Below are positions 1-10,064 of a stretch of 64,000 nt of DNA, piece after piece. The notes below the pieces were generated by a model that was not told where the DNA came from, did not search any database, and saw nothing but the letters and a program-made list of their open reading frames with translations. This DNA comes from Fidelibacterota bacterium SCGC AAA160-B08 (lineage in GTDB: Bacteria; Fidelibacterota; Marinisomatia; Marinisomatales; Marinisomataceae), in NCBI GenBank assembly GCA_000402755.1, contig AQSD01000003.1, positions 1,263 to 65,262 of the forward strand, given 5' to 3'. The position numbers and the translations under genes are program-made. The stretch's first letter is position 1. Every line of letters begins with the position of its first letter.

Positions 1-561
1 ACTACCCCTTACATAATAGATCATTTTACCTCTATTCATCACTTGGCTAATCTGAATATTTGATAAACCATCTTCTAACAAAGATTGTTTTAAGATATTT
101 GCACTCTCTTTTTTACTGTAAGCACCAAATTGAACAAACCATATATTATTTTTCTTAGAAGGTTTTTTTGTTTTTTTTGAGAATCCTGAACTATTTAATT
201 TTTTCTGATAAACCTTTAAAGAATCTGTTTGCCCTGCAGCAGCTAATGATCTAAAGAATAAGTCTTTAGAGATATCATTTATTAAATGTTTTGGAGCCTC
301 TACATTAAACTCTTTGAATAAACTAGATGCAGAAATATATGAACCTCTAGCATAGTTAATTTCAGCTTTTTTTAATACCGACAACCAATAGTAGTCAGAT
401 TTATCATTGGACTTAATAATCTTATCATAAATTTTAGACGCTTTATCTGCATCTATAGCACTGAGGGCTTCCTGGTAAAGTATTGCTGAATCTGTAGTTT
501 GGCTAAATAACATATTTACAGCACAAACTAATATAGCGATCGTCCTAATTAATATTCTCAT
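1..561 (-). CDS. SPOR-domain protein with N-terminal signal and TPR-like helices (3' end truncated by window edge; not in ORF track)
   Basis: Manual translation from ATG at 561: MRILIRTIAILVCAVNMFSQ...KKNNIWFVQFGAYSKKESANILKQSL...; VQFGAY is a SPOR motif; frame stays open to position 1. Confidence 0.75.
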   Translation of the reverse strand, partial: MRILIRTIAILVCAVNMLFSQTTDSAILYQEALSAIDADKASKIYDKIIKSNDKSDYYWLSVLKKAEINYARGSYISASSLFKEFNVEAPKHLINDISKDLFFRSLAAAGQTDSLKVYQKKLNSSGFSKKTKKPSKKNNIWFVQFGAYSKKESANILKQSLLEDGLSNIQISQVMNRGKMIYYVRGS

Positions 562-1594
562 TTTGAATTATATCATTGCAGAAACTCGACAAAGCTTTTC
601 TTGTATCAAAATTATCTGAATCTATTTTCATTCTATTAAGCCTTATGACATATGATTTATTAGAGCTTTTTGAGTGATAATCAAATTTTGGCATAAACTT
701 TTCTACTAGCTCTATCGCTTCGTCCTTTTCGCTTTTTTCAAGATGAATATCAACTAATCGATTAAAAGCATAGCTATTAAACTCATCATCTAAAACTTTT
801 TTATACAAACTCTCTACATCATCAAATCTTTTTTCATCAAATAAGAGATTTTCAATTTTCTTAAATGCGGTAACGCTAGCACTTGGATTTGATTTCGAGA
901 ACATAATAAGATACTCCATAACTAAATCTGCATTGTCAATATAATGCGAAGAAAGCTCTAAATAAGATTCACTATATATATGATCTGATTTAATACTCTT
1001 TTTTAAGTAATACAGATAATTCTTTTCATTCTTTTTATCTTTATAGTCCATAGCAATAAAATAATTGAGCTTAGATTCATCCCTTTTCTTAATCTCAGGA
1101 TAATATTTTATCAACTTTTTTTCATATTGAAGCGCATCATCCCATGATTTATTTTCGGTAGCGATATTCTTTAACATACCTAAAGACCATTTATTTTTAG
1201 AATCTATATCTAATATTTTTTTGAATTCGTCTTCTGCTCTGACTGTATTTCCAAGCTCCAAATAATCTAAGCCTAACGCTTGATGAATCTGGATTTTTAA
1301 ATCTTTTGATAACTTTGGTCTAATAATAATAGTCTGATGAATCTTAGTAGCCTGATTGATATCTCTATCTCTTAGAAGATTTCCCAATAGTAGATATGCC
1401 TCTGTATTGTTTGAATCTTTAGCGATGATATTTTTTAAGATTGTAAATGCTTTCTTATGATTATTATCAATAATCGCTTTTAATGCCTGATTATATACTT
1501 CAATGTCACTTGGTTGTTGTGATGGTCTTCTATTGATGAAGTAGAAAACAGCGATTGCAATAAATATCAGAAGGAAGTAGATAATATTAAGAAT
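545..1594 (-). CDS. Membrane-anchored TPR protein, LapB/YciM-like (no C-terminal rubredoxin domain)
   Basis: ORF-track frame stays open upstream of TTG 1387 through a hydrophobic anchor (ILNIIYFLLIFIAIAVFYF) and first TPR to an ATT at 1594 preceded by AGGAG; TPR repeats; adjacent to lapA-like gene. Start codon uncertain. Confidence 0.65.
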   Translation of the reverse strand: MLNIIYFLLIFIAIAVFYFINRRPSQQPSDIEVYNQALKAIIDNNHKKAFTILKNIIAKDSNNTEAYLLLGNLLRDRDINQATKIHQTIIIRPKLSKDLKIQIHQALGLDYLELGNTVRAEDEFKKILDIDSKNKWSLGMLKNIATENKSWDDALQYEKKLIKYYPEIKKRDESKLNYFIAMDYKDKKNEKNYLYYLKKSIKSDHIYSESYLELSSHYIDNADLVMEYLIMFSKSNPSASVTAFKKIENLLFDEKRFDDVESLYKKVLDDEFNSYAFNRLVDIHLEKSEKDEAIELVEKFMPKFDYHSKSSNKSYVIRLNRMKIDSDNFDTRKALSSFCNDIIQNENIN

Positions 1595-1596
1595 AA

Positions 1597-1911
1597 TTAC
1601 TCCTTTTCAGTGAAACTAAATTCTTCGCCAACAGCTACATTTCTTAAACTATCAAGCTCTTCTGAAACATCTTTATTTGTTTTGACGAGTTTTGATATTT
1701 CTGAGCGATAAGAGAAGACAGATTTGAGTGATATAATATATCCTATAATCACACCTATCATTGTAAATAAGATGAAGGCTAAATAGCCTGGAATTGAATA
1801 TCCATTATCTCTAAAAAAATAGATTACAATAGGTTCACTATTTTTATCAAATAGCAAAAAAGTTCCAGCCAAAAAACTTAAGAAAAATAATACTCTTAGT
1901 ATTCTAAACAT
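1597..1911 (-). CDS. LapA/DUF1049-like small membrane protein
   Basis: Two TM segments followed by a coiled coil; sits directly upstream of the LapB-like TPR gene. Confidence 0.6.
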   Translation of the reverse strand: MFRILRVLFFLSFLAGTFLLFDKNSEPIVIYFFRDNGYSIPGYLAFILFTMIGVIIGYIISLKSVFSYRSEISKLVKTNKDVSEELDSLRNVAVGEEFSFTEKE

Positions 1912-3236
1912 TATGCTCCTGTTATTTCTTTTCCACGTAAAATTACACCACTAGCTTCTACAATCTCTACTGGAATAATATCCTTAATTTTACTATGATT
2001 TTTTTCCACAATCACCCATTCATTCGAATCGGTTCTTCCAGCCCAATGATTTGCAGATTTTTTACTTTCTTTTTCTATTAAAACTTGTTCAAAATTTCCA
2101 ACTTTTTTCATATTTAGTTCAAGCGTATGTTTTCTTTGTAGCTTAAGCATCTCATCCAATCTATCTTTCTTTAGCTGTTTTGGAAGTTGATCTGAAAATT
2201 GAGCTGCCCTCGTATATGGTCTTGAAGAATATTTAAAAGTGTAAGCAGAATTAAATTTGATTTTCTCCATCAAGTCTAAGGTCTCTCTAAATTGTTCATC
2301 AGTTTCTCCTGGAAATCCTACAATAATATCTGTAGATAAACCGCAATTAGGCATAATCTCTCTAATTTTTTTAGCCATATAATAAAAGTGTTCTCTTGTA
2401 TAGGTTCTATTCATACGCTTTAATACTTCATTTGATCCTGATTGCATTGGAAAGTGTACATAGTTACAAATATTAGCTCTAGAAGCCATTACTTCTAATA
2501 ATTCTACATTGATATCTTGTGGATGAGGCGATGTATATCTAATTCTTTTAACGCCAGGAATATCAGATACTGCCAATAGTAAATCAGCAAATGATTTCTT
2601 TTCATGTTTATAAGAGTTTACATTTTGTCCCAATAAAGTGATTTCTACATAACCTTCGTCTACTGCTTTTTTTACTTCCGTAACAACACTCTCAACACTT
2701 CTACTTCTTTCTCTTCCTCTAGTAAAAGGAACTATACAAAAAGAACAAAACTTGTCACAACCTCTCATGATAGAAACCCATGCATTAAAAGTATCTCCTC
2801 TGCTTGGAAACATATCTTCATATACTTCATATTTTGATAATTTTGTATCAACAATACTCTTTTTTTCTATGAGATGTCTATTCATTAATTTTGGAATATT
2901 TCTATAAGAATCAGGGCCTAAAATAATATCTACATATGGTTTATTTTTTAATAAATCATCTTTAAGATTCTGTGCCATACAACCAAGAACTCCGATGATT
3001 AATTCTGGCTTTAATTGTTTTATTTTTCGGAGATTACCTAAGCGTGAATGAACCTTAACTTCTGCATTTTCTCTTATAGCACACGTATTAAGAAAGATTG
3101 CATCTGCCTCATGAAGATCTTGTGTTTTCTCTAAGCCTAATTTTAATAATATGCCTTCAACGAGCTCAGAATCAGCTGTATTCATTTGGCACCCATAAGT
3201 CTCAAGAACGAATTTTTTAATAGGAAGGGTTTGCAT
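1911..3236 (-). CDS. miaB: tRNA-2-methylthio-N6-dimethylallyladenosine synthase
   Basis: ETYGCQMN, NTCAIRE, GCMAQ, radical SAM CDKFCSFC, C-terminal TRAM domain. Confidence 0.97.
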   Translation of the reverse strand: MQTLPIKKFVLETYGCQMNTADSELVEGILLKLGLEKTQDLHEADAIFLNTCAIRENAEVKVHSRLGNLRKIKQLKPELIIGVLGCMAQNLKDDLLKNKPYVDIILGPDSYRNIPKLMNRHLIEKKSIVDTKLSKYEVYEDMFPSRGDTFNAWVSIMRGCDKFCSFCIVPFTRGRERSRSVESVVTEVKKAVDEGYVEITLLGQNVNSYKHEKKSFADLLLAVSDIPGVKRIRYTSPHPQDINVELLEVMASRANICNYVHFPMQSGSNEVLKRMNRTYTREHFYYMAKKIREIMPNCGLSTDIIVGFPGETDEQFRETLDLMEKIKFNSAYTFKYSSRPYTRAAQFSDQLPKQLKKDRLDEMLKLQRKHTLELNMKKVGNFEQVLIEKESKKSANHWAGRTDSNEWVIVEKNHSKIKDIIPVEIVEASGVILRGKEITGA

Positions 3237-4133
3237 TTATTTTATATATCCTGTGAAAAAATATTTTGCAGGATCTTCTACTTTTTTATTTTTATGAACT
3301 TCATAATGTAAATGAAAACCAGCTGCTCTTCCACTGTTACCGGACTTTCCAACTAAGTCCCCTCTTTTAATTTTTTGACCCTTCTTTACTTTTATTTTAT
3401 ATAAATGTGCATAAATTGTCTCATAGCCATAACCATGATCAACTTTAACATACCTACCCCAGCCAGAATCATATTGAGCTTTTGTAACAACACCATCTCC
3501 CGTTGCTACTACATCTGTATTCAGATTAACAGCAAAGTCTAATCCACGATGCATCCTTCTTTTTCCGTCTATTGGGTCTGTTCTATAGCCATATCCAGAT
3601 CCCAAATATGCATTTACAGGACTAATAGATGGAACATGTGAGTACATCTTTTCGTTTGATTTAATTTTATTAAAAATAGTATTATAACTATCCTTTTCAA
3701 GATTTACAGTATATGATAAGGAATCAATCTTATCTTTAAGCTGAAACAAAATGCTAGTAGCATCTTTATCTTCTGTAGAAACCTCTTCTACTGAACCTCC
3801 AGTACCTTGAGTCTTAACATCTTCGCTGAGAGGTGGAATTGCAGCATAGGTTCTAAGTTCTTTATCTCTTTCTTCAATTAAGAGCAATTCTTTTTCAAGC
3901 TCTGCTATCTTCATGATAAGTTCTTCGGATACATTTGCATATTTTTCATCTGTTTCTTGCAGTTTATCCTTATAATATTGATTAGAAAATTCTATTGATA
4001 GATAATAATTAATACTAATAAAGACTATGATAACAAATGCAAAACTTGCAAATATATTAAGCACTGAAAAATTGATTTGATGCAATCTTTCAGATGATAA
4101 GTATTGAAATAAAAAGAATTTTTTCTTTATCAT
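3237..4133 (-). CDS. M23 family metallopeptidase with TM and coiled coil
   Basis: HRGLD, YAHL and HLHYEV M23 motifs. Confidence 0.92.
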   Translation of the reverse strand: MIKKKFFLFQYLSSERLHQINFSVLNIFASFAFVIIVFISINYYLSIEFSNQYYKDKLQETDEKYANVSEELIMKIAELEKELLLIEERDKELRTYAAIPPLSEDVKTQGTGGSVEEVSTEDKDATSILFQLKDKIDSLSYTVNLEKDSYNTIFNKIKSNEKMYSHVPSISPVNAYLGSGYGYRTDPIDGKRRMHRGLDFAVNLNTDVVATGDGVVTKAQYDSGWGRYVKVDHGYGYETIYAHLYKIKVKKGQKIKRGDLVGKSGNSGRAAGFHLHYEVHKNKKVEDPAKYFFTGYIK

Positions 4134-4136
4134 ACT

Positions 4137-4454
4137 CTATTCGCTCTCTTTATTTTTTTCTTTAGTATCATGATGTATAGATTCTTTTTTGTCTGAAATT
4201 TTCTTTTTTATTTCTACAATATTTTCAATTAATCCGATATAACGTTTATCTCCAACAAAATTAAGTACATTCTTATCTTGAGTTTTCACGAACACATATA
4301 AGCCTAGCTTGACATATAGGCTAGAGAGTTTTCTTTCTAATTGCAGGATATCTATACGCAACTTACTGTTGTGAGTAAATTCTTCTGCTTTTTCTGAAGC
4401 AACTACACTCCACTCAGAAACGTTATTTTTTAAATCTTCCCAAAATTTATTCAT
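4137..4454 (-). CDS. Small coiled-coil hypothetical protein
   Basis: Clean ORF, ATG at 4454 preferred over TTG at 4463; amphipathic/coiled-coil composition; no recognised motif. Confidence 0.6.
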   Translation of the reverse strand: MNKFWEDLKNNVSEWSVVASEKAEEFTHNSKLRIDILQLERKLSSLYVKLGLYVFVKTQDKNVLNFVGDKRYIGLIENIVEIKKKISDKKESIHHDTKEKNKESE

Positions 4455-4477
4455 AGCATACAATTTATAGATGAAAA

Positions 4478-4510
4478 CAAATATAGCAAAGAGTTTAAGA
4501 GGCTCCCAAA
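4478..4510 (-). promoter_or_regulatory. Putative Bacteroidota-type promoter TTTG-N21-TATATTTG
   Basis: Minus strand reads tttg-ggagcctcttaaactctttgc-tatatttg, 23 nt upstream of the ATG at 4454. Confidence 0.45.
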
Positions 4511-4530
4511 CTAAGGATTAGTTGGGAGCC
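4501..4530 (-). terminator. GC-rich hairpin downstream of ftsZ (putative terminator or stability element)
   Basis: ggctccca(a)actaa-gga-ttagttgggagcc: 13-bp stem with one bulge, 26 nt after the ftsZ stop; U-tract weak. Confidence 0.55.
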
Positions 4531-4556
4531 ATCTCGTTTATTGGTAGCCAACCAAA

Positions 4557-5756
4557 TTATCTTTGTTTTCTTATATAAGCAGGGACCTCTAAGTCTTGGC
4601 TTTGATCAAAATCATCAAATACTAAAGTGGGCCCATCACTTCCATTATCTTCATATCTTACAGAGTCATCAAATTCAAATCCTTCTGGATTGTTTTTTTG
4701 ATATAATGTTGTATTTGGAGTATCCATAAGCTCTTCACTTTTTCTATCAGAGCTATGAGACATTCTTTCTTTTAACATTTCTTTTTGTTCAATTGGTTTA
4801 CGATTGAACCCTGTTGCAATAACAGTAACTTGAAGCTCATCTTCCATATTTTCATCAACGCGAACTCCAAAGATAACTTTTACCCCTTGACCTGCTTCTT
4901 CGTGGATAAGTTTCATCGCGGCATCAACTTCGAGCAAAGTCATTTTTTTATTTCCGGTTATATTCACTAATACTGCCTGAGCTCCACTGATTGACTGAGA
5001 GTCTAACAAAGGACTACAAATAGCTTGTTGAGCAGCTAATACCGCTCTTTCTTCTCCTCTTGCAGTTCCTGCGCCTATTACAGCATCACCCATACCACTC
5101 ATTACTGATTCTACATCAGCAAAATCAATATTTACATTTCCCTGTTTATTAATTAGGTCTGATATGCTCTTAGCTGCTTGCAATAATATGGCATCTGATT
5201 CTTTAAATCCATCTTCAAATGTTGTAGCGTTATCAACAACAGATAATAATTTCTGATTCGGAACGATAATCAACGTATCACAAAAATTTCTCATTGAAGC
5301 AACGCCTTTAAGTGCTGATTCCATTTTTTTTGAACCTTCAAAAGTAAATGGGAGAGTAACAATACATACGGTTAGGATACCTAAATCTTTGCATACCTTC
5401 GCTACAACTGGAGCTGCTCCTGTACCAGTTCCACCACCCATTCCTGCAGTAACAAATACTAAATCTGCTCCCGCAACCAATGAAGCAACAGCATCTTTAT
5501 CATGCATAATAGCTTTTCTTCCAATCTCAGGTTTTGCTCCGGCGCCCAATCCTTTCGTAAGATCTTTTCCAATCTGAAGTTTTGTTTCCGCTGGATTGCT
5601 TCCCAAGTCTTGAGCATCTGTATTAATGGCAATAAATTCTACTCCGTCCATACCTGAAGTAATCATTCTATTTATTGCATTACCTCCAGCACCTCCAATT
5701 CCAAGTACTTTAATCCTCGCTCTTTGGCTTGCTAACTCATCAAATTCAAATAACAT
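4557..5756 (-). CDS. ftsZ: Cell division GTPase FtsZ
   Basis: GIGGAGGNA, tubulin signature GGGTGTG, NIDFAD, C-terminal LEVPAYIRKQ peptide. Confidence 0.99.
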   Translation of the reverse strand: MLFEFDELASQRARIKVLGIGGAGGNAINRMITSGMDGVEFIAINTDAQDLGSNPAETKLQIGKDLTKGLGAGAKPEIGRKAIMHDKDAVASLVAGADLVFVTAGMGGGTGTGAAPVVAKVCKDLGILTVCIVTLPFTFEGSKKMESALKGVASMRNFCDTLIIVPNQKLLSVVDNATTFEDGFKESDAILLQAAKSISDLINKQGNVNIDFADVESVMSGMGDAVIGAGTARGEERAVLAAQQAICSPLLDSQSISGAQAVLVNITGNKKMTLLEVDAAMKLIHEEAGQGVKVIFGVRVDENMEDELQVTVIATGFNRKPIEQKEMLKERMSHSSDRKSEELMDTPNTTLYQKNNPEGFEFDDSVRYEDNGSDGPTLVFDDFDQSQDLEVPAYIRKQR

Positions 5757-5780
5757 ACTAATCTCCTTTTTATATTTTTT

Positions 5781-7022
5781 TTACTCAAAAAACCCTTTCC
5801 ATACACTGGAAATGCTTTTTGTAATTGATTCAAAATTTTTAATTCCAACAGTTGGACTACTATCTTCAACGTTAAATATTGGCCAAGATAGTAGGCCAAT
5901 CAAAGTGGAAAGCTCTCTTCTGTCTTCTAGATTTTCTTTAAACACAGTATTACTTATTGGTAGATACTCACATTTTGTATCTTCAAAATGTTTTTTAAAT
6001 AATAAATCTAAATTTTTTACGTTAGATCCACCGCCTGTAATCTTGATACCTGATCTTATATCCGCAACATCAATACGCAATAATTTCATCTCAGATTTTA
6101 TTTGGTCGATAATATCTTCATATCTTAATTCAGCAATTTTAGATATCTCTTGCTTATTTATACTCTTTGTTAGGTCATCGTTATGTATAGATAGTTCAAA
6201 ATTAGATTCAGCATCTGCAAAATCTGACAACGCAGAAACATGTTCATGCTTAATTTTTTCTGCCTGCTTTATAGATGTTTGAAGATAAGCAGCTATGTCT
6301 TTTGTAACAGATTTTGAACCCAATGGAATCACTTTAGAATGAATTAAATAATTATCTTTATATAATAACATATTGGTCTTATCTGCACCTACATCTATAA
6401 ACATGACACCTAGATCTTGATCATCCTTATTAAGATTTGCAGACGCTGCTGCCAAGCCGTCAAATACAGGATTCACTTCAATGCTCAAATCATCGCTAAA
6501 ACAATGATCGATTTGTGATAAATTGAAATTTTTAATATGAATTACATGTGATTTTGCATCAATAGATTTACCTATCATCCCAAGAGGGTTACGTATGAGC
6601 GATGAACCATCTATAAAAAATCCTCTTTCTAGATTATGTAATACATATCTATCAGAAGAAACTTGAATATCAGAACATTGAGTTAGCAATTTTTGTTTTG
6701 TACTATCATTCACCTCAAATTCAGAATTATCTTTTGATCTAATCCGTGTCGATGAATTAATTGATTTAATATTTTTTCCAGATACTGAAACCCATGCGTC
6801 GTCATCGATATTAATTTTAGCATCTTTTTCCATTTTCTCGATTAAATATTCCAAACCACCAAGTAGCGCCTCTTTGTCTACAATATCTCCATTGCTGATA
6901 CTATCTGTTTGTATAGATCGAATAGATAAAATTTCTATTTGATCATCATTTATTATTCTTCCAACAGCTCCTTTAATACTAAAAGATCCTAAGTCAAAAG
7001 CTACTTGTATTCTATTTTTCAT
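5781..7022 (-). CDS. ftsA: Cell division protein FtsA
   Basis: DLGS, DVGADKT, TGGGS actin-like motifs; between ftsQ and ftsZ. Confidence 0.93.
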   Translation of the reverse strand: MKNRIQVAFDLGSFSIKGAVGRIINDDQIEILSIRSIQTDSISNGDIVDKEALLGGLEYLIEKMEKDAKINIDDDAWVSVSGKNIKSINSSTRIRSKDNSEFEVNDSTKQKLLTQCSDIQVSSDRYVLHNLERGFFIDGSSLIRNPLGMIGKSIDAKSHVIHIKNFNLSQIDHCFSDDLSIEVNPVFDGLAAASANLNKDDQDLGVMFIDVGADKTNMLLYKDNYLIHSKVIPLGSKSVTKDIAAYLQTSIKQAEKIKHEHVSALSDFADAESNFELSIHNDDLTKSINKQEISKIAELRYEDIIDQIKSEMKLLRIDVADIRSGIKITGGGSNVKNLDLLFKKHFEDTKCEYLPISNTVFKENLEDRRELSTLIGLLSWPIFNVEDSSPTVGIKNFESITKSISSVWKGFFE

Positions 7023-7774
7023 TATATTTCGTTCACCACTATCTGGCTCTTATACCTTAAATCTATATACCTATAACTCTCTAATGTTTTTTCTTCTGGC
7101 AATACATCTGAAAATGCATTTAAGTAATCTATCTTTGCAAAAATATTACTAGAGCCCAATAAAATTTTTGTTCTGCCGTTTTTTAAAATAATCTCATATT
7201 CACTATCTTCGTTAAAAACAAATTCAGACATATTGTCATACAAAGCATCAAAGGTATCTTTTGAGTATTTAATAACATCAATAGATTTTAAAACATTAGA
7301 TGATTTGGTTTTCTTACCTTTCTCATATAGCTCTTGATTATTTTTGAAATTTGATAATATAGGTAGTGAAATCTCACAATATTCAACAGGAAGACATACT
7401 CCCTCGGAATCAAGAATAATTAAATCGTTAGAGCTAATCATAGCCAATGGCTCTCTTTCATAGACTTCTATTTTTACAGTTTTAGGAAATACTCGTGATA
7501 TTTTACAGCCTTTTATATGATCTAATGACTCTATACTATTTTTATAATTTCTTAAATCTGAAAAGAAAATATTTTGATTCTCTATATTTGCCTTGTATTC
7601 TACTAACATAGTATCGTCAAAATAATTTATACCTTCAATTTTTACATTTTTTACAATAAATATTTCATTGAATTGTGCCCATTTAATAGAAATAAAAAGA
7701 GAAGCTACTACAAGTAATAGACAGAAGAATGGCTGACCAATAGAATCAAAAATCTTTATAAAATTTTTATTCAT
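7022..7774 (-). CDS. ftsQ: Cell division protein FtsQ/DivIB
   Basis: Single TM, POTRA-like segment (ISRVFPKTVKIEVYER), C-terminal YIDLRY; dcw position. Confidence 0.88.
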   Translation of the reverse strand: MNKNFIKIFDSIGQPFFCLLLVVASLFISIKWAQFNEIFIVKNVKIEGINYFDDTMLVEYKANIENQNIFFSDLRNYKNSIESLDHIKGCKISRVFPKTVKIEVYEREPLAMISSNDLIILDSEGVCLPVEYCEISLPILSNFKNNQELYEKGKKTKSSNVLKSIDVIKYSKDTFDALYDNMSEFVFNEDSEYEIILKNGRTKILLGSSNIFAKIDYLNAFSDVLPEEKTLESYRYIDLRYKSQIVVNEI

Positions 7775-8700
7775 AATTCACTAATCTCCTCAGAATTAAA
7801 TCCTAGTAATCTCACTTCTAAATCTAACTGAATATTAAATTGATCTTTTACAGCATCCTTTGCCTGCTTGATTAGAGATATCATATCGTCAGCTTTTGCA
7901 TCTCCTGTATTGACAAAAAAGTTGGCATGCTTATTAGAAATCTTAGCATCTCCTACTGAAAATCCTTTCAAACCTGATTGATCTATCAACATACCAGCAG
8001 AATGCTTGCTAGAAGGATTTTTAAATACACTACCAGCGGATCGATAATTTAATGGTTGTGTATTCTTTCTTCCTGATTTTGCTAAATCAAAATTATCTTG
8101 AATTATTTTTTTATCTGATTTTTTGAGCTTGAATATTGCTGACAACAAAATTATATCTTTACCAAAAGAAGATGACCTATAAGAAAAATCAATATCTGAT
8201 TTAGATAGTATTTCAATTTCATTTTTATCATTTAATAATTCTACGCTTTCTAAATTTTCAGAAATCTCTCCACCCCAAGCACCTGCGTTCATCATTAATG
8301 CGCCCCCAAGAGTTCCTGGAACTCCAATAAGATTCTCCAATCCTTTTAAATCGTGTTTCATGGACTCTTTTACTATCTTGCCCAACATAGTCCCACACTC
8401 TACATAAATCTTATCTATATCGACATTGATTGTTCTCAAGCAATGTTTAATAGATATCACAACGCCTTTAATACCATTATCACTTATTAATAAATTTGAT
8501 CCTGAACCTATAATAGTCACAGTCTGTTTGTACTTTTTGCTTAATTGAACAATACTGATGAGATCATTCTTATCTGAAGGCAAAACAAATAATTCTGCTG
8601 GACCTCCAATGCCATACGTAGTATGCTTCTTCATTGGCTCATCCATAGAGATAGTTGCATTGGTTGTATCTACAATCTCTTTTTTTAGCATATCGATCAT
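7771..8700 (-). CDS. murB: UDP-N-acetylenolpyruvoylglucosamine reductase
   Basis: HTTYGIGGPA, GSGSNLL, GIPG-like GVPGTLGG, MNAGA, SAGSVFKNP, HANF. Confidence 0.97.
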   Translation of the reverse strand: MIDMLKKEIVDTTNATISMDEPMKKHTTYGIGGPAELFVLPSDKNDLISIVQLSKKYKQTVTIIGSGSNLLISDNGIKGVVISIKHCLRTINVDIDKIYVECGTMLGKIVKESMKHDLKGLENLIGVPGTLGGALMMNAGAWGGEISENLESVELLNDKNEIEILSKSDIDFSYRSSSFGKDIILLSAIFKLKKSDKKIIQDNFDLAKSGRKNTQPLNYRSAGSVFKNPSSKHSAGMLIDQSGLKGFSVGDAKISNKHANFFVNTGDAKADDMISLIKQAKDAVKDQFNIQLDLEVRLLGFNSEEISEL

Positions 8701-10064
8701 TGCATATTCTCAGTTAATTTATCTGCATATCTCCAAATATTACCAGCTCCAATAGTCAAAATAATATCACCTTCATTGTAATAATTTTTGATATCTTCAA
8801 TTACAGAATCAGTAGTAGTATCAAATACATTTTTATGTTCAAGCTTTTTAAGATGATTGCTAATATTCTTTGAGCTAATAGAGGTATCTAATTTTTCTCT
8901 TGAAGCAAAAATTTCAGTAATGAAGACCACATCAGCCCCTAAAAGAGATTCTGCAAAATCTTTATAAAATTCTTTAGTCCTAGAATAAAGATGTGGCTGA
9001 AAAATTACTACCAATCTTCTAGTCCAATTACTCTTTACTGCTTCGATAACACTAAATACTTCTACTGGATGATGAGCATAATCATCAATAATAGTTAATT
9101 TTTCACTATGAGTCTTAATATCAAATCTTCTTTTCACGCCTGAAAAACTTTTTAAACTTTCACTGATTCTTTGTATCGATAAACCCATAGTTTTACATAC
9201 AGATATAGCTGCTAAAGCATTTAAAATATTATAGGAGCCTGGAACAATCATTGAAAATGCATAGCTCTTGTTTTCATGGATAAGGTCAAATGCAACAGTG
9301 CCATTGTCATGTATGATATTTATAGCTTTAAAATCAACATTATCAGATTCTATTCCATAAGTAACAATTGGCTTATCAATTAACGGTATGATAGATGCAG
9401 CATTTTGAGAATCTTTACAAATACTAACCATCCCATAAAAAGGTACTGAATTAGCAAACTGAGTAAAGGCATCTTTTAAATCCTCTAAGCTATCATAGCA
9501 ATCAATATGCTCAAGATCGATATTATTAATTACTGCTATAGTAGGAGAAAGCTCTAAAAAAGTTCTATTAAACTCATCTGCTTCTACTACAAATGTATCT
9601 CCAGAACCTAATATAGAATTGGTATTCATTGATTTAACTACGCCGCCTACAATAATCGTGGGATCTAAATTAGAATCCTTTAATATTGAACCAATCATAG
9701 ATGTAGTGGTGGTCTTTCCATGTGTACCAGAAATTCCTACTGTAGAGCTTTTTAATTTCGCAAGCTGTGATATCATTTTTCCTCTAGAATAACATTTAAT
9801 ATTTTTATCTTTTGCCTCAATTAATTCAATATTATTATGAGGGATGGCATCAGAATAGACTACAATTTCAGTTGTTGCTATATTTTTTTTATCATGTCCA
9901 ATTGATATAAAGATATCTAATTTTCTAAGCCTATCAATATTTTGTGATTCAGATAAATCTGAACCTGTAATTATAAAATCTTGATTATGCAGTAGCTCAG
10001 CGATTCCACTCATTCCTATGCCGCCTATACCAATAAAATGAATTCTTTTTATGCTAGATAACAT
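8697..10064 (-). CDS. murC: UDP-N-acetylmuramate--L-alanine ligase
   Basis: IGIGGIGMSGIA, GTHGKTTTT, EADE, DDYAHHP. Confidence 0.98.
   Translation of the reverse strand: MLSSIKRIHFIGIGGIGMSGIAELLHNQDFIITGSDLSESQNIDRLRKLDIFISIGHDKKNIATTEIVVYSDAIPHNNIELIEAKDKNIKCYSRGKMISQLAKLKSSTVGISGTHGKTTTTSMIGSILKDSNLDPTIIVGGVVKSMNTNSILGSGDTFVVEADEFNRTFLELSPTIAVINNIDLEHIDCYDSLEDLKDAFTQFANSVPFYGMVSICKDSQNAASIIPLIDKPIVTYGIESDNVDFKAINIIHDNGTVAFDLIHENKSYAFSMIVPGSYNILNALAAISVCKTMGLSIQRISESLKSFSGVKRRFDIKTHSEKLTIIDDYAHHPVEVFSVIEAVKSNWTRRLVVIFQPHLYSRTKEFYKDFAESLLGADVVFITEIFASREKLDTSISSKNISNHLKKLEHKNVFDTTTDSVIEDIKNYYNEGDIILTIGAGNIWRYADKLTENMQ

Noticed and set aside
5626-6282. 218-aa plus-strand ORF antisense to ftsZ/ftsA
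   Set aside because: Shadow frame of conserved genes; Ser/Ile/Leu-rich with no motifs or RBS
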